From Camelus dromedarius (Eukaryota), in the NCBI RefSeq assembly GCF_036321535.1, contig NC_087436.1, positions 77,068,001 to 77,132,000 on the forward strand: DNA of 64,000 nucleotides, written 5' to 3'. The translations under genes were made by a program, and so were the position numbers. Positions 25,606 through 38,420 of the stretch are shown in pieces. Under the pieces are notes generated by a model, which saw nothing but the letters and a program-made list of their open reading frames with translations, did not search any database and was not told the DNA's origin. Each line of letters starts with the position of its first letter. Position 1 is the first letter of the stretch.

Positions 25606-26184
25606 TGGATTTACAGTAAAGTGAGAATTTATTAAAGGATGGATAGTACACTCTCAAGGGGAGAGAGGGCAGGCTCAGGTGAGCGGCTGCCCTGAGGTTT
25701 TTTTGGCAAATTGTTACCATGGGGTGTAAAAATGAATAGGCAGAATATTCATTAGGGAGGGAAGGGTTTGGGGTCAGATTTTCATCCCAACTCCACCTTC
25801 CCAAAGGGAGGAGGGATTTTTGTCCTTATTTAGTCTGTATCAGAAGAGTCATGGTGTCGGTGCATGATGGGTACTTGTAGTCTGCCAGGCTAATTTTATT
25901 GAAATGAGGGCATAATGAGCAAAAGGTTACATTCGGACACTGGAGATTCTTGCCTTTTTCCACCTTTCTTTTTTTGGCCTCTGGGCTGCTTATCACCTCC
26001 AAATGTGTAACCACTTATTAGCCCAGAGGTTCCTGCTTCTCTTTCTCTGCCCAGGGACTCCTGGTGCCTATATGATGTATGGTTTCCTGCATTTGGCCTG
26101 TGGCCCTCCTTTCTGCCCAATTTCTGCCATTTGGTCTGTGTCCTCATTTCTCTGCTCATATCTAGCTATCTGCCTACTCTAACA
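25606..26184 (-). mobile_element. ERV1-type LTR, relatively young
   Basis: Minus strand begins tgttagagtaggcagatagctag and has AATAAA near its 3' end (tttatt 25628-25633 on +); several CpGs retained. Confidence 0.7.
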
Positions 26185-26264
26185 TTATGACTTTTTAATT
26201 TGTACTTGATTTAGTTTATATATTCTCTTTTTCTTCGTATCTATATGTTGATATGATATATTCA

Positions 26265-26318
26265 TATATCATTGATATATATATATATGTATATATATAT
26301 ATGTATGTATGTATGTAT
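26265..26318. repeat. (TA)n/(TATG)n microsatellite
   Basis: Directly visible. Confidence 0.9.
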
Positions 26319-26409
26319 TAAGAAACAGACTTTCATATGAGGGAATAGTCTTTCAGTACACTGATCTGAGTGTGTTTTGTGTATAATATATAATAATAAT
26401 AATAATTAG

Positions 26410-27280
26410 TAGTATTGTAACTATCATTTGCTGACGTGTGCCAGGCACTTTAGAGCATTTTATGTTTTGAGATAATTTCTATCTTCTTAAAATTGTTGAG
26501 GCTTCTTTTGTGCCCAAGTACATGATAAATCCTAGAAAATGTTCCATGTGCACTTGAAAAGAATGTATATCCTATTTTTGGGGGGTGTAATGCTCTGAAA
26601 ATATCCACCAAATCCAATTTTTCTATTGTATCATTTAATTTCTCTGTTGCCTTATTTATTTTCTGTCTGGAAGATCTGTCTAGTGATGTTAATGCAGTGT
26701 TAGAATCTCCAACAATGATTGTATTCCCATCAATTTCCCCCTTTATCTCTGTTAGTAATTGTTTTATGTACTTACGTGCTCCTATATTGGGTGCATATAT
26801 ATTAACGAGTGTAATATCCTCATCTTGTATCACTCCTTGAATCATTATAAAATGTCCTTCTTTATCTTTCTTTATGGCCTTTGTTTTAAAGTCTATTTTG
26901 TCTGAAATCAGTACTGCTACACTTGCTCTTTTGGCTTTTCCACTTGCATGGAATATCCTTTTCCATCCTTTCACTCTTAATCTATATGTTTCCTTCTCCC
27001 TAAAGTGGGTCTCTTGTATGCAGCATTTTGAAGGTTCTTGCTTTATTATCCAGTCTGCCACTCTATGTCTTTTGATTGGAGCATTTAGTATATGTTTTAG
27101 CTTATTTAATGTTGACAACCACCTTGTCAATATAATTATCTCCATTTTACAGTGGAAAAGCTGAGTACTTGGAGTTTACATATCAGTTTAAACAACCATT
27201 GAGAGGCAGTTGTAGGATGAAAGCCCAAGCAGTCTGGTGTTGGATCCTGGATTCGTAACTACTACACTTCATTGCCTCAT
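26410..27280 (-). mobile_element. MIR SINE split by an L1 fragment
   Basis: catttgctgacgtgtgccaggcact...|...tctccattttacagtggaaaagctgag...aaagcccaagcagtctgg. Confidence 0.65.
26469..27089 (-). mobile_element. young L1 ORF2 endonuclease-only fragment, no 3'UTR or poly(A)
   Basis: Open frame LNAPIKRHRVADWI...CCIQETH...VNIYAPN...VGDSNTAL...FFSSAHGTFSRIYH...KKIEIIS; flanked by 8-bp tatgtttt at 26461-26468 and 27091-27098. Confidence 0.92.
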
Positions 27281-28039
27281 TTAATGAAATAAGGTCACTA
27301 AATGCTGTATCCTCAGCACATAGCCTCTTCCTTTTACATTATACTCTATGTGTTCTCAATCATGTGAGTTGTATGACCAAGCTAATACTAAGGTGAAATC
27401 ATAAGCACCAATTACTACCTGGTAATATTGGATTTGGAAAGGGAGTCATGAAATGCAGGTTTATCTTTATCAGAATCCTGGTAGCTTGTTTCATTCACTT
27501 TAAGTAGCAAATTGGGCAATACAGACTTTTGATGACTAAACATTCATGTCCTTAATATGTTTACTTTAACACAATATTAAATCAGTTCTGAAAAGGTGCA
27601 GGTGTGTTTGGGTAGCTTTTCTCTCTAAGTAGTGAATTTGTAACATTAGCAAAAATGTTTTTGCACCTGGATTTGGATAGCGATAATAAACTTTCTCAGC
27701 CTAAGAATAAATTTGGACTCCTTTAAAACATGTTTTTATGTGATTTAATAATATTCTAAATGTAAATAATTTTGGAAAACCCTACAGCAATAAATAAATA
27801 AAATTTGTTTACATAAGTGCAACAAAACATTTCCTTTTAGTAGGGATTGTTTCTGCTTGTAACAAGTTAATAATCTTCAAGCAAAAGGGGCTAGATTAGA
27901 GGCAGTAATTTGTTTATGGAGTCCAGGGCTGTTATTCATAGGTTTAAAATGATTCTGCTCTTTTGAATCCTTTTCTTCTATTTTTTAGTACCAACTGATA
28001 GTTCTGGTTTATTTCTTTTGTGAAGATGAAGCTTGTTCC

Positions 28040-28410
28040 TGGCACAGACTCTGCACTGGCTCTTCTTTTTATTCGGAAAACTCTTCTGCCTGATTGATCA
28101 TTATGTGGCTGTCTTCTCTCGGTCATTCAGATCAACAGTCCATATCTCAGTATCTCAGTGGAGGTATCCCCAGACTGTCAGTCCAAACTAGCCACACAGT
28201 TGCTTGCTACAACGTTGCTCTATTTTATTTTTCTCTGAGGTCTTAATAGGTTTTTGTTTGTCTTGATTGATTGATATATGCCGTTTTTCTCCTCAACTAC
28301 AAGTAAGCTCTGTATGAGCAGGTATATTTCTTTTGTTCACCACTGTCTCACCAGTCAACCTTAGTGCCCGATAAATAGTAAGTTCTCAACTACTAGTTGA
28401 ATAAATGACT
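28040..28410 (+). mobile_element. L2 3' end
   Basis: gtaagctctgtatgagcagg...ttttgttcaccactgt...aaatagtaaagttctcaac...gttgaataaatga. Confidence 0.7.
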
Positions 28411-28774
28411 TTTTGATTCAGGACTTCAGAGTGCCAGATGCTAGATGTATTACGGATGAAGTAGCAGTAAAACGGTTTGTCGCTGAATTTGCAACATTGA
28501 TGTTTATCTCGCATTGCCAATGGAGTCCCAGGTATGGCGCCCATAGCTTCAGTAACTTATGCATTTTGAATCTACCTTCTTTTAAAAAAAATCACATTAT
28601 CAAAACCTATACCTACTTATATCTTCTAAAAACTTAACTTCTATGTGTAATTAGTACTTAGGAAAATTGCTCCTAAGTTAGATTGAGAATCAATGGCAAT
28701 GATTAACAGGTCAATAGCTAAGTAGCATTTATGTATCATATATAACATATATGATCTATAAATATGTGTAATAT

Positions 28775-29125
28775 AAACTTTATATTTGTGGTATAAATAC
28801 ACATTACACAAAATTTACAGTCTTAAGCATTTTAAAGGGTACAGTTCAGTACAGTATATTTACATTATTGTGCAACCAATCTTCAGAACTTTTTGGTCTT
28901 AGGATACTGAAACTCTATACCTATTGAACAAAACTCTCTCTTTTCCACTCCCCCAGTCCCTACTACCCCCATTCTACTTTCTGTCTCTGTGATTTTGACT
29001 ACTTTAAGATACCTCAGATAAGTGGAATCATATACTATTGTCTATTTTAATACTGGTTTATTTCACTTAACATGATGTCCTCCAAGGTTCATCCATGTTG
29101 TAGCATGTTTCAGAATTTCCTTTGT
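28775..29125 (-). mobile_element. L1MB-like 3'UTR
   Basis: tacagttcagt...acattattgtgcaaccaatcttcagaact...ataagtggaatcata...ggttcatccatgttgtagcatg. Confidence 0.8.
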
Positions 29126-29439
29126 GATTTTCTGAAGAGCATATTAATTTTTTTAGTCTTTTTTTCAGCTCTTAAAAAGTATTAACTATATCCCAGATAT
29201 TATTATTATATATAGCCTTGACAGTAGTTATTAATATCAACTCACATGCCTTTTTTTTTGGCTGATCAAAACTTCAGAATTATGGATGATATTTTTATGA
29301 TACCTATCCATCAGGATATGCCATGTCTTAATTGAAAAGTAAAAAAGGTACATCACACATAAGCTCTAAGAGGAATAACTTTAGGTAGACATGGGGATGT
29401 CAGTACATTCAGCACACAGATTATTTAATGGGCCTTGTA

Positions 29440-30510
29440 CATTTGCTTCTAGAATGTCAAAAGCATGGGTCATGGACATGTTCTCCTGGCAGAGGTAGGG
29501 ATCCAAGGGAGAGAGACCCAGACTTGGGTCTTGAACCGGCACACTGTCATTTCTGTACCGTTCTATTCACCAAGGGAAGTCACAAGGCCAGGCCAGATTC
29601 AAGGGGTGAAGAAATAGTCTCTGCCTCTTGATGGAAGAGGGTTGCCAAATTATATTGCAAAGAGCGTAGATGTGGGGAGAGCTATGAAAGACAGAGCCCA
29701 TTTTTGTAATAATTGGAGCCATTTTTACAGTCACAAATTAACCAACATCCTGAATTCTGTGTTCACCATCCTCTTGTTTTCCTTTTTATGTAATTGTATG
29801 TCTATATGTGTTCTAAAAAGTCAATTTTAAATTTTAGTGGTTTTAACTTTACAAAGGATGATACTGCTGAATATACTCTCTTGGGACTTACTTTCTCAGA
29901 TAATATTTTATTACTAAGAATAATTTATGTTGTTGTGTGTTGCTACAGTTTATTTTTTGCCTTCTCCGTGACATTCTGTTGGTGGTATCACCACTGAGTC
30001 TTAAGCATCCTTGTTGAAAGGGATTTGGTTTGCTTATAGGTTTTGCTGTTGTGAACAGAGCTGCTATGAACATGTCTCCTTATGCACATTTCTCCTGGGC
30101 ATATGCCATCCATTGGGATGTATCAATTGTAGAGTATGTGCATGTTTAACTACTTCTGAAGTAGTTGAGCCAGTTTGCCTTCCTACTACCAATTAGTCAA
30201 ATGTCTTTTGGCTCTCCATCCCATTCAATACTTGTATGGTCAGCATTTGTTTCCTTTTTGCCATTTGAATATTTTTAAAGTGACTTCTCATTGTAGTATT
30301 GATTTGTGTTCCCTAACTGCTAAAGGCATTGAATTGAAAAATCCCTTCGTATGTTTTTTGGCAATATAGGTTTCTCTTTTGTACTTTTCTTATTTTCTTG
30401 TAGGAATACTTTATTTATACTTGTTTCAGCTTTATATACTTCAGGTAGCTTCTTCCAGTTTGCAGATTGTCTTCTCCCTTAATTTAAAGTGTCTTTTGAT
30501 AGTCAGAATG
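29440..30510 (-). mobile_element. MLT1-type LTR fragment (~29440-29720) followed by old L1ME-like fragment
   Basis: aagtcacaaggccaggccagattcaaggggtgaagaaatagtctctgcctcttgatggaag (MLT1); ctgctatgaacatgtctc...ttctcattgtagtattgattt (L1). Confidence 0.65.
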
Positions 30511-31619
30511 TGAAATTAACTTGGGTATGAGGTTATTAGGAGTCACTGAGTGATTTATACATTTGCTTTAAGTCATGCATAGAGCAGAGATGCATATTGC
30601 CACTCCTCCGCACATTCCTTAGATCGTATACTGCTATTTGAGGGACTGGTTAAGAATAGCAGACACCTGAAAGAGGCTCTGATGATATGGGAGAAATTGG
30701 GAAGAAAATTCCCTATTAAAAAAAAAAATCCTAAAATGAAGACATTGTCTTTAGTGTTTTCCTTCAAATCATTGTAACACTTTCATTTTAACATCTTTCA
30801 GTGTTAGCATTCCTGAACAATAAAATGGTCAAGTGGTGTCTTTAAAACTATAAACAACTGATAAATATATGTGGTAGGGAGCTATATAATTCTAGCTTAA
30901 TGTCTGTGAAATGAGAATTTGTACATAGTTCAGTACCTTCGTGAAGGTAAACAAAGAAAGGAAAAAATATGAGAAATTTTAGCTGATTTCAAATATAGTT
31001 ATTTATGATAGTTCAAAATAAAAAATTAGAGTTATTGGCAACTCTAAAATCCTCAGAAACATAACCCTTGATAAATATATTCAAACATTGAAAGCATTAT
31101 AGGTGTCAGAAAGTGTATTTTTAATGTGCATTATTAGAAGGTAGAGTCTAGATTAAAATTGCAAAACTCAAACCAGATTTAAAATGTACTAGGATTCACC
31201 ATTTTTACAAAGTTATTGACAAATTCATCCATAAAATTTAACCTTTTTTTATCTGTGTTGTTGTTATTACTTCTTAACAAGTTATTCCTACAAGATCTGT
31301 CAGATTATATCATTCTTAAACTAGAAGAAAATGGATTTCTACATACATACGAAGAAAACATACTTCTTAAATGTCATCAGAATGTAAATGTTGATGGTTT
31401 TGTCACGGATTGTATGAATTTTGATTTTGTTTTCACAGCTTTTCTATTTTAGCTTTTAAAGAAGGTAGAAAAATGTTCCAAAACTATGCGCTTCTAAATT
31501 TGGTCCTTTCTGACAGGGAGGAATTATTTGAAGCACCTGAAATCTGATCTGAGCCTTGGAGAAAGGTACCACAAAATGATAGCGTACATGATTACAAAGC
31601 AAAGAGGATTAGAAAGAGC

Positions 31620-32230
31620 AATATATTTTTGGAAAAAAGGGCAAGCACACCACTTGGAACGTTTTATCAAGAGAGGGATACAGAAGTGAAAAGTAATCCT
31701 TCTGCTTTATTTGGCATTTTTGCTGTGTTCGATTTTGGTCTTTGCATTTGGCAAAGTACATGGAGACTCTGGAGAAGGTCCAGCGAAGATCAGCAAAAGT
31801 GATGTAAGGAATGGGGACTAGCTCCTAAGAGAGGGCTCAGTGGGATCAGGACTGTTTAACTTGGAGAAGGGAAGACTAAGGGGTGATTTAACTGTCTTCA
31901 AGCATTTGAAAGGTTATTACATGGAAGATGCAGAACAGATGTTCTTTTACCTCCACAGGAGACCAAATAAAAGGAAATAGTTTTAAATTGTAGCAAGAGA
32001 AAAAGTTCAGTTGGTCATAAAGATGGATATAACTATAAAGAAGGGATTAAACATTGAAACAGGTAACCAAGGAATATGGGGGAGTTCAGTCCTTAGAGAT
32101 CTTTGAAACTAGGAATAGAGAGCCCTCTGCCTAGGATGCTGTGAGTGTCTTCCATCGCAGTGCAGGGAGCTGCCCTGTTTCTCTTTTTGAAACTCTTCCA
32201 ACTTCAAGATTCAGTGCATGTTATTTCTAT
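31620..32230 (+). mobile_element. CR1/L3 LINE 3' end
   Basis: ctggagaaggtccagcgaagatcagc, ggactgtttaacttggagaagggaagactaaggggtgattt, gtcttcaagcatttgaaagg: classic CR1 ORF2 C-terminus. Confidence 0.8.
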
Positions 32231-33639
32231 TCTTGTGGAGTTACCTGGAAGACAGTCAGTTAGGAGTATGTATCCAAGGACAGAAGCTAGAATTCAGCAA
32301 AGGCAGAGATCAGAGGTCTACCCGGTGTCTCCTTGAGCGTCTCTGATCTCCTCCTAACTCCATAGTATTAGCAACTGGACCAGAGAGGAGAAAGTATTTC
32401 TCACCTGCTCATTTGTAGAACTATAGTACGTATGTTCTTTCTTCCCTGGGCTTTCTGAATGGAGTAATTATTCAGGAAATTATACCAGCTGCTACTATAG
32501 GGAAGGTCGGGCATCACACTAAATTATCTCAATCGCAGGGAGATGGTATTTTTCTCCTTTCAAAGATAAGGAAACCAAGACTTAGAGAATTTAGTTACTA
32601 ACTTTAGGCCCTTCAAAGAGTCAGTGACAAAGGCAGAATTTTTGTTTGGCCTTCTTTTTTGTTTCTTTGTTTTATTCTATGGAGAAATTGTACACATTTA
32701 GAAGTATTCTCCATTGATAATGGCAGTTTTTGTTAATATTAAGAATAGAATGTGGGTACAAAAGTAATAATCATCATTAGGAGAATATAAGGAAATACGT
32801 GTTGAATGAATGATGACCAAGACTTAGGTTTGAAGGGAAATTTGGTGATGTTTTGTGATATGTGTCATAATTAAGTTGCTCCCCTTCACTAAAGCAGCAT
32901 TGTGTGTAACCAGAGATGGTTATTTCCTTTGGCCATTTGATCCCTAATTAAGACATCTGAATGGTGGCCACATGAATCATAAAACTTTACAATTCAAATA
33001 AACTTTGTAGTTTGAGCATTGACACTTCCTAAAGGCATGAGTGACATGGAATATTGCAAACTTCCACAATTTAGTTAAACACAAAGTGATATTATAAGTA
33101 TTTTAGAGGAAATTTAAATAAATAGCATAGTATATGTTTAATGTGATGTTTGATTCACTAATTCTTAACTGTCCTCAGTCAATACTTCATTTAATTTTAT
33201 CACTACCTAAAGTTTGTTTAGAGTTTAACTTATTCCAGCTCTTTGTATTTCTAGTAAAAAATACTTCTGGGAAAATTCAAAGAGATAAAGGGATATAAAC
33301 AATCTTTTTAAAATTTAAAAATTAGCAGTTAACATACTACAGCGTTTATCTTGTTTTTAGAAAAATGTTACCCTTCTCATTAATTTATTCCATGAAAAAC
33401 TTTAAAGAACCTGGGGCTATGTACTATGCACTCTTAATTTGTTAGGGTAGCAGAAACGTGAATTCTTTCAGTGGGTTTGGTTACTGTCTCATTGCTGTGA
33501 TGTCATCTTATCCTTGGGAAGCTTTATCAGGAGAATATTGTTAAGAGGCCCTGAGTGTTATTTTCTAGGATAAGAATTCTCTTTGCCCAGTTTCTCTTTT
33601 GCATTCCATAATTTACACTTACTTCATAGTAAAGAGAAA

Positions 33640-33950
33640 GATAATGGATAACATTTATTAGTGCCACAGAGGGCATCATCTATGGTGTGTTCTATGCAGC
33701 GGTTTCTTCCTGTATGACAGGTATTCCTCCAAATGAGGTAGTCTAGATTATCTCATCTAATCCCCATCGTTGTCCTATGAGGGGGCCTTAATTAGGCCCC
33801 TTTTATGGAATAAGAAACTGAGTATGTGGGATGTAGACCACAGTCACAGAGACGTTAAGTAACTACCTCTAGATCACCCCGCTAGTAAATGGAAGAGTAA
33901 GGATTCATACCTTTGCAATCTTGTGACCATGCTTTTTGCCTCATACTGTG
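33640..33950 (-). mobile_element. MIR SINE
   Basis: ataacatttattagtg...tctcatctaatcccc...ccccttttatggaataagaaactgag...gttaagtaactacc...gctagtaaatgg. Confidence 0.65.
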
Positions 33951-34074
33951 CTTCCTGTCTGTTTGAGACCACTTGCTTGTGAAAATCTCAATCATCATTT
34001 CAATTGTCCCAAGCTTTCTGTACTTCATTTCTAATTAATAGTCTGAGTCAATATACAGGTCTTATTTTTTTTTT

Positions 34075-34400
34075 TTTTTTGCTTATTAAACACTTGCCAT
34101 AAAACCTTTACAATTCAAATAAATATGTTACAAGATACTACTAAATGAATCTGTTTTGTGTGACACATTTTAGGATAAAAGTTAAGCATGGAAAAGCCCC
34201 TTTCATTGAAGAACTTCCAGATCAGAAAGGAGGTTAACACATAAATTCAACTAAATATATTCCTTGAAGCAGAATGCGCTAACTGGAATAAGAGAAGTAA
34301 AAACAACATATTCCAGAAGCACAGAGGTGGGAGAGATTCATTCTCACTTGGCAAGTGTAGTGCCATGGAGCTTGCTATGGGGAGAGAGAGCTAAAGGATC
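34075..34400 (-). mobile_element. L2 fragment
   Basis: ttattaaacacttgc...tatgttacaagatact...ttcattgaagaacttccagatc...ttccagaagcacagagg. Confidence 0.5.
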
Positions 34401-37244
34401 TATGTTAAATAGGGTGACTACGAGATGTGGGCACACACAAGGAGCCATAGTGGAAATAGCGGCGTTCCTCCCAGCAGCTTATGCCCGTTGAGGATTTTGG
34501 GGAATGCGGCAGCAGGTAGGTATATGTCTCTTACTTGCTGGATCAGGAAATGGCACCTCGACCCACACACAATATCCACCCATCTGGCTGTTCACTCTTT
34601 TATCAAATCTCTGGTTAAAGTAATGTCTATTAATTGGGATGATGATTGTTTTCCTTAATGGGTTTGCATTTTTTTCAAACTCAAGAAGATTTAAAATGGA
34701 GTATAAAAGTGTTTAAGACTCAAAATTAGAGCATTTGTATTTGTGTGTTAGGGAAGAATCTGTTCATAATTAGTATTATATTTGCTTAAAATGAGCAAAT
34801 TTCAGCCTTTAAAATGATACCCTAGTAGCTTCAAATTAAAATATGTAATTGAGTAAGTAGTTTCAACTTGTGGTTTTATGTATAAATGTTTCTAAATTTA
34901 TATGTTGTATGGGAACATTTAAGAGAATTTAAGATTGTCCTTTTTATATGTTTAATTTACTAAATATACAAAAATTGCTAAAGTACTTCGGAGAGTTTTT
35001 TCCTAATAAGACAAATTCAAGTATTTAAAAAGGAAATTGAGTATATTGAATTTATGAATGCACTTTCATATATTTGAAGGTATTTAATTTTATAAATGGA
35101 ACCAAATGTCAATCAATCAAAGGCTTCTTAAACAGACCCTTAAAAAATTTCTAGGCTTATAACTAAGATTTATCAGTAGAATTTAAAAGGCTAGAGAAGA
35201 AGGTGGTTTGCATCCCAAAGCTGCCTGTGCAATGACATCAATAATAGGGGTAAAAGTCTAACTGGAACGGGCTTAAGAGGGAATGGAGGGAGTGGAATTG
35301 GACAGCAAGCATGGATCCACTATAGACCCAGACATTAGTGTCATTACTTAGATGTTGACTGTGGTGCTGGCTGCAGCTTTGAAGTCTTACCCTTAAATGA
35401 CAGTGCAGAGCAGCAGGCCTTCCTGAGAGGGACCAGAATGGGTAAGATAACAAGACTGTGCATGAGCTCACCTGTGACACCTGCGAAGGTGGGTTTCAGG
35501 AGATGGAGATGGTTGCAGTTCTGCAGACAGGGGCTAAAAGCTGCAAATGTAACTTTTACCTTCAGTAAAACCCTGTTTGTACAAAGAGACGTCTGAGAGC
35601 TGAAACTCACTCTACAAGAGTAAAAAAAGAGGAGGAAAAATCTGGGACAATGAAGGGACCACGAAACTGGAGGGGCTGTGGAGAGTAGATGCCTTAGGGT
35701 TCTGGATGAAAGGAACAGAAGCGCATTTTATAGCTGGGTCTCATAAGGCACCAGAACCCAGGAACTCAAAAGTTGGGAATGAAGTTTGCTTTCTGTGTTT
35801 CTCCAGTGTCTCATGGTCACTCACTTCTTCTTTTGTCTGCCTGTCTGTGTCATTCTTTTCTGTCTTTAGCTACAAATCTGCTTCTCTGCTTCTCTGTGTT
35901 TATGCCGTAGAGTGACTGACACAACTTTATTTGACTTCCTGTTCAAGCAATCAGAAACTCGTAAAAGTAGTGCGTCACAACTGCGAATTTCCAGGACCAA
36001 AAATGCGACTGACCCAGATCCAGTCACTTCTGGCTAAGAGAGCAAAGTGTATGGTCCATTGTCCTCTTAACCAGCATGAATATCTCCTCTGAAAAGGAAA
36101 CTCATCTTTGTCTTGGAGAGGGTGTGAAGGGGCATGCTGGAAATGGATGGGCATTTCTGCTGTAGGGCACACGTCTGGAAAATGCAACTAAAGAAGAATA
36201 TTATTCCAAATCTAATTTTTAAATGGAAACTAATTTAAAACTTAATTCATAATAATCAAAAGATTTTTCACATAATGCTAAAGTTGTCTTTCATCAAGTT
36301 TAAGGAATAAAATGAAGCACAGTAATCAGGTCAGTGATTTCCAGAGTTTTTTGTTTTTTGGTTTTCCTTCAGCAGAATCTTTTTGCAAATGAAATCTCAT
36401 GTGCAACTATACAAGGTAGAACAGATGTGGACAGAGTGCTGTGGCAGAAGTATTGTCACGGAGCACGGCACCCTCCCTACCCCTTCCTCTGAAGGATACA
36501 TATTATATTCTACTAGCTGCCATCTTCTACTTCTGTTTCTAGCCCCTTCTCTAACCCCAGCATCCACATGGAACTACTCTTGGAGTAACTTAGAGGAATT
36601 TCCTCTCTCTTGACTTATTTTAATTACATATGCTCTTCATTTTGGCATTGTGTTCTATGTGAATAGTTTCATGTACGTTTGTGTTAAGGACCATAAAGGG
36701 ACCACTGGCCTTTTTGGTTCACCAGTGACCCTCCCAACCCAGACCACTGGCTGGAACACAAATGTGCTGAAGTAGTAGTTGTATTGAAGGAATAGAGATA
36801 AATTAATAAAATTAGAAAGACAGTGTCACACTTTAAAAAAAATTCACCTAACATCTTGTAGTTGTGCAATAAGTATTTGCTGGATTAAGTCAACTTAAAA
36901 ATGAAAATATAACCTCTATCTAATGCTACTTGGTAATATTACAGTTGTGGCTGTGGCTGTGACAACATATCTAATGAAAATTTGACAGTCTTTCTGGATT
37001 AGCTAATATGTGGTTTAGGCCTAAAAAATGACTTAATGAAGTTTAGAAGTTGTTACTAATTTTCTTCTTCTGGATTTTTCCCAGATAATTCTGCAAAAGA
37101 AGTCAAATAAAAAAATATTCTTGTTTACCACTTGCATAAAAATTACTGCCACTTATATAGTGGATTACTAATTTGTGTATAATCCTATCTCAGCACATTG
37201 AATCTGAATGAAACAAATTTTTGAATTTTGTTTTTATATATATA

Positions 37245-38420
37245 TTTTAATTAAGGCTTCATTTTTTTTTTAAAAGGAGTTTTAGGCTCACAGAAATATT
37301 GAGAGAGAGGTATAGCGACTTCCCATATGCCTTCCTCCCACACATTCATAGCCTCCCCCATTTATCAGCATCCCCTACCAGAGTGGTACATTTGTACCGT
37401 TGATGAACCTACATTGAGACATTGTAATCGCTCAAAATTCATAGCTTACATATGGTTCACTCTTGATGTACATTCTGTGAATTTGGACAAATGTGTAAGG
37501 ACATGTATCCGTTAGTATGGTGTCATACAGAGTATTTCCACTGCTCTAAACATCCTCTCTGTTCCATCTATTCCTGCCCCTAATTCCTGGTTTTTCTTTC
37601 TTTCTTTTTTTAACTGTCTCCATAGTTTTGCCTTTTCCAGAACGTCATATCTTTATAATCATACAGAACGCAGCCTTTTCACATTGGCTTTTTTCGTTTA
37701 GTAATATGCATTTAAGTTTCCTCCATGTCTTTTCATGGCTTGATACCTCATTTCTTTTGAGTGTTGAATATTTGCTTGTCTGGATGTACCACAGTTTGCT
37801 TATTTGCCCATTCATCTGCTGAAGGACATCTTGGTTACTTCTAAGTTTTGGCAGTTATGAATAAAGCTGATATAAACATCCATGTGCATGTTTTGTGTGG
37901 ACCTAAGTTTCAACACCTTTGGGTAGATATCAAGGAACACAATTGCTGGATCATGTGGTAGGGATGCGTCAAATTTTGTAAACAACTGCCAAACTGTCTT
38001 CCAAAGTGACTATAACATTTTGCATACCCACCAGCAATGAATGAGAACTGTTACTGCTCCACATCCTTGTCAGTATCTGCTGTTGTCAGTTTTTTAGGTT
38101 TTGGGTATTCTAATTAGTGTGTAGTGGTATCTTATTGTTTTTTTAATTTGCATTTCCCTGATGGCATATGAGGTGCAACATCTTTTCATGTGCTTATTTG
38201 CCACCTGTATATCTTCTTTTGTGAGTGTCTGTTAAGGTCTTTGGCTCATTTTTTTTTGATCAGGTCATTTTTGTTTCTTGTTTAGTTTTAAGAGTTCTCT
38301 GTATATTTTGGAGAACAGTCCTTTATCAGATGTGTCTTTTGCAAATATTTTCTCCCAGTCTGTGGCTTTTCTTCTCATTCTCTCTCTATTGGCTTTTTGA
38401 AAAACAATCTTTTCTTGAAA
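37245..38420 (-). mobile_element. L1MC-like 3' end
   Basis: gagttttaggctcacag...ccagagtggtacatttgtaccgttgatgaacctacattga...; ORF-track peptide RRKATDWEKIFAKDTSDKGL is the L1 ORF2 C-terminus. Confidence 0.85.

Noticed and set aside
25578..26184. LTR apparently ending in a poly(A)-like tail, suggesting an L1-mobilised ERV transcript
   Set aside because: No TSD found, the other end is exactly the LTR TG terminus, and the T-rich tract can be explained by the adjacent L1.
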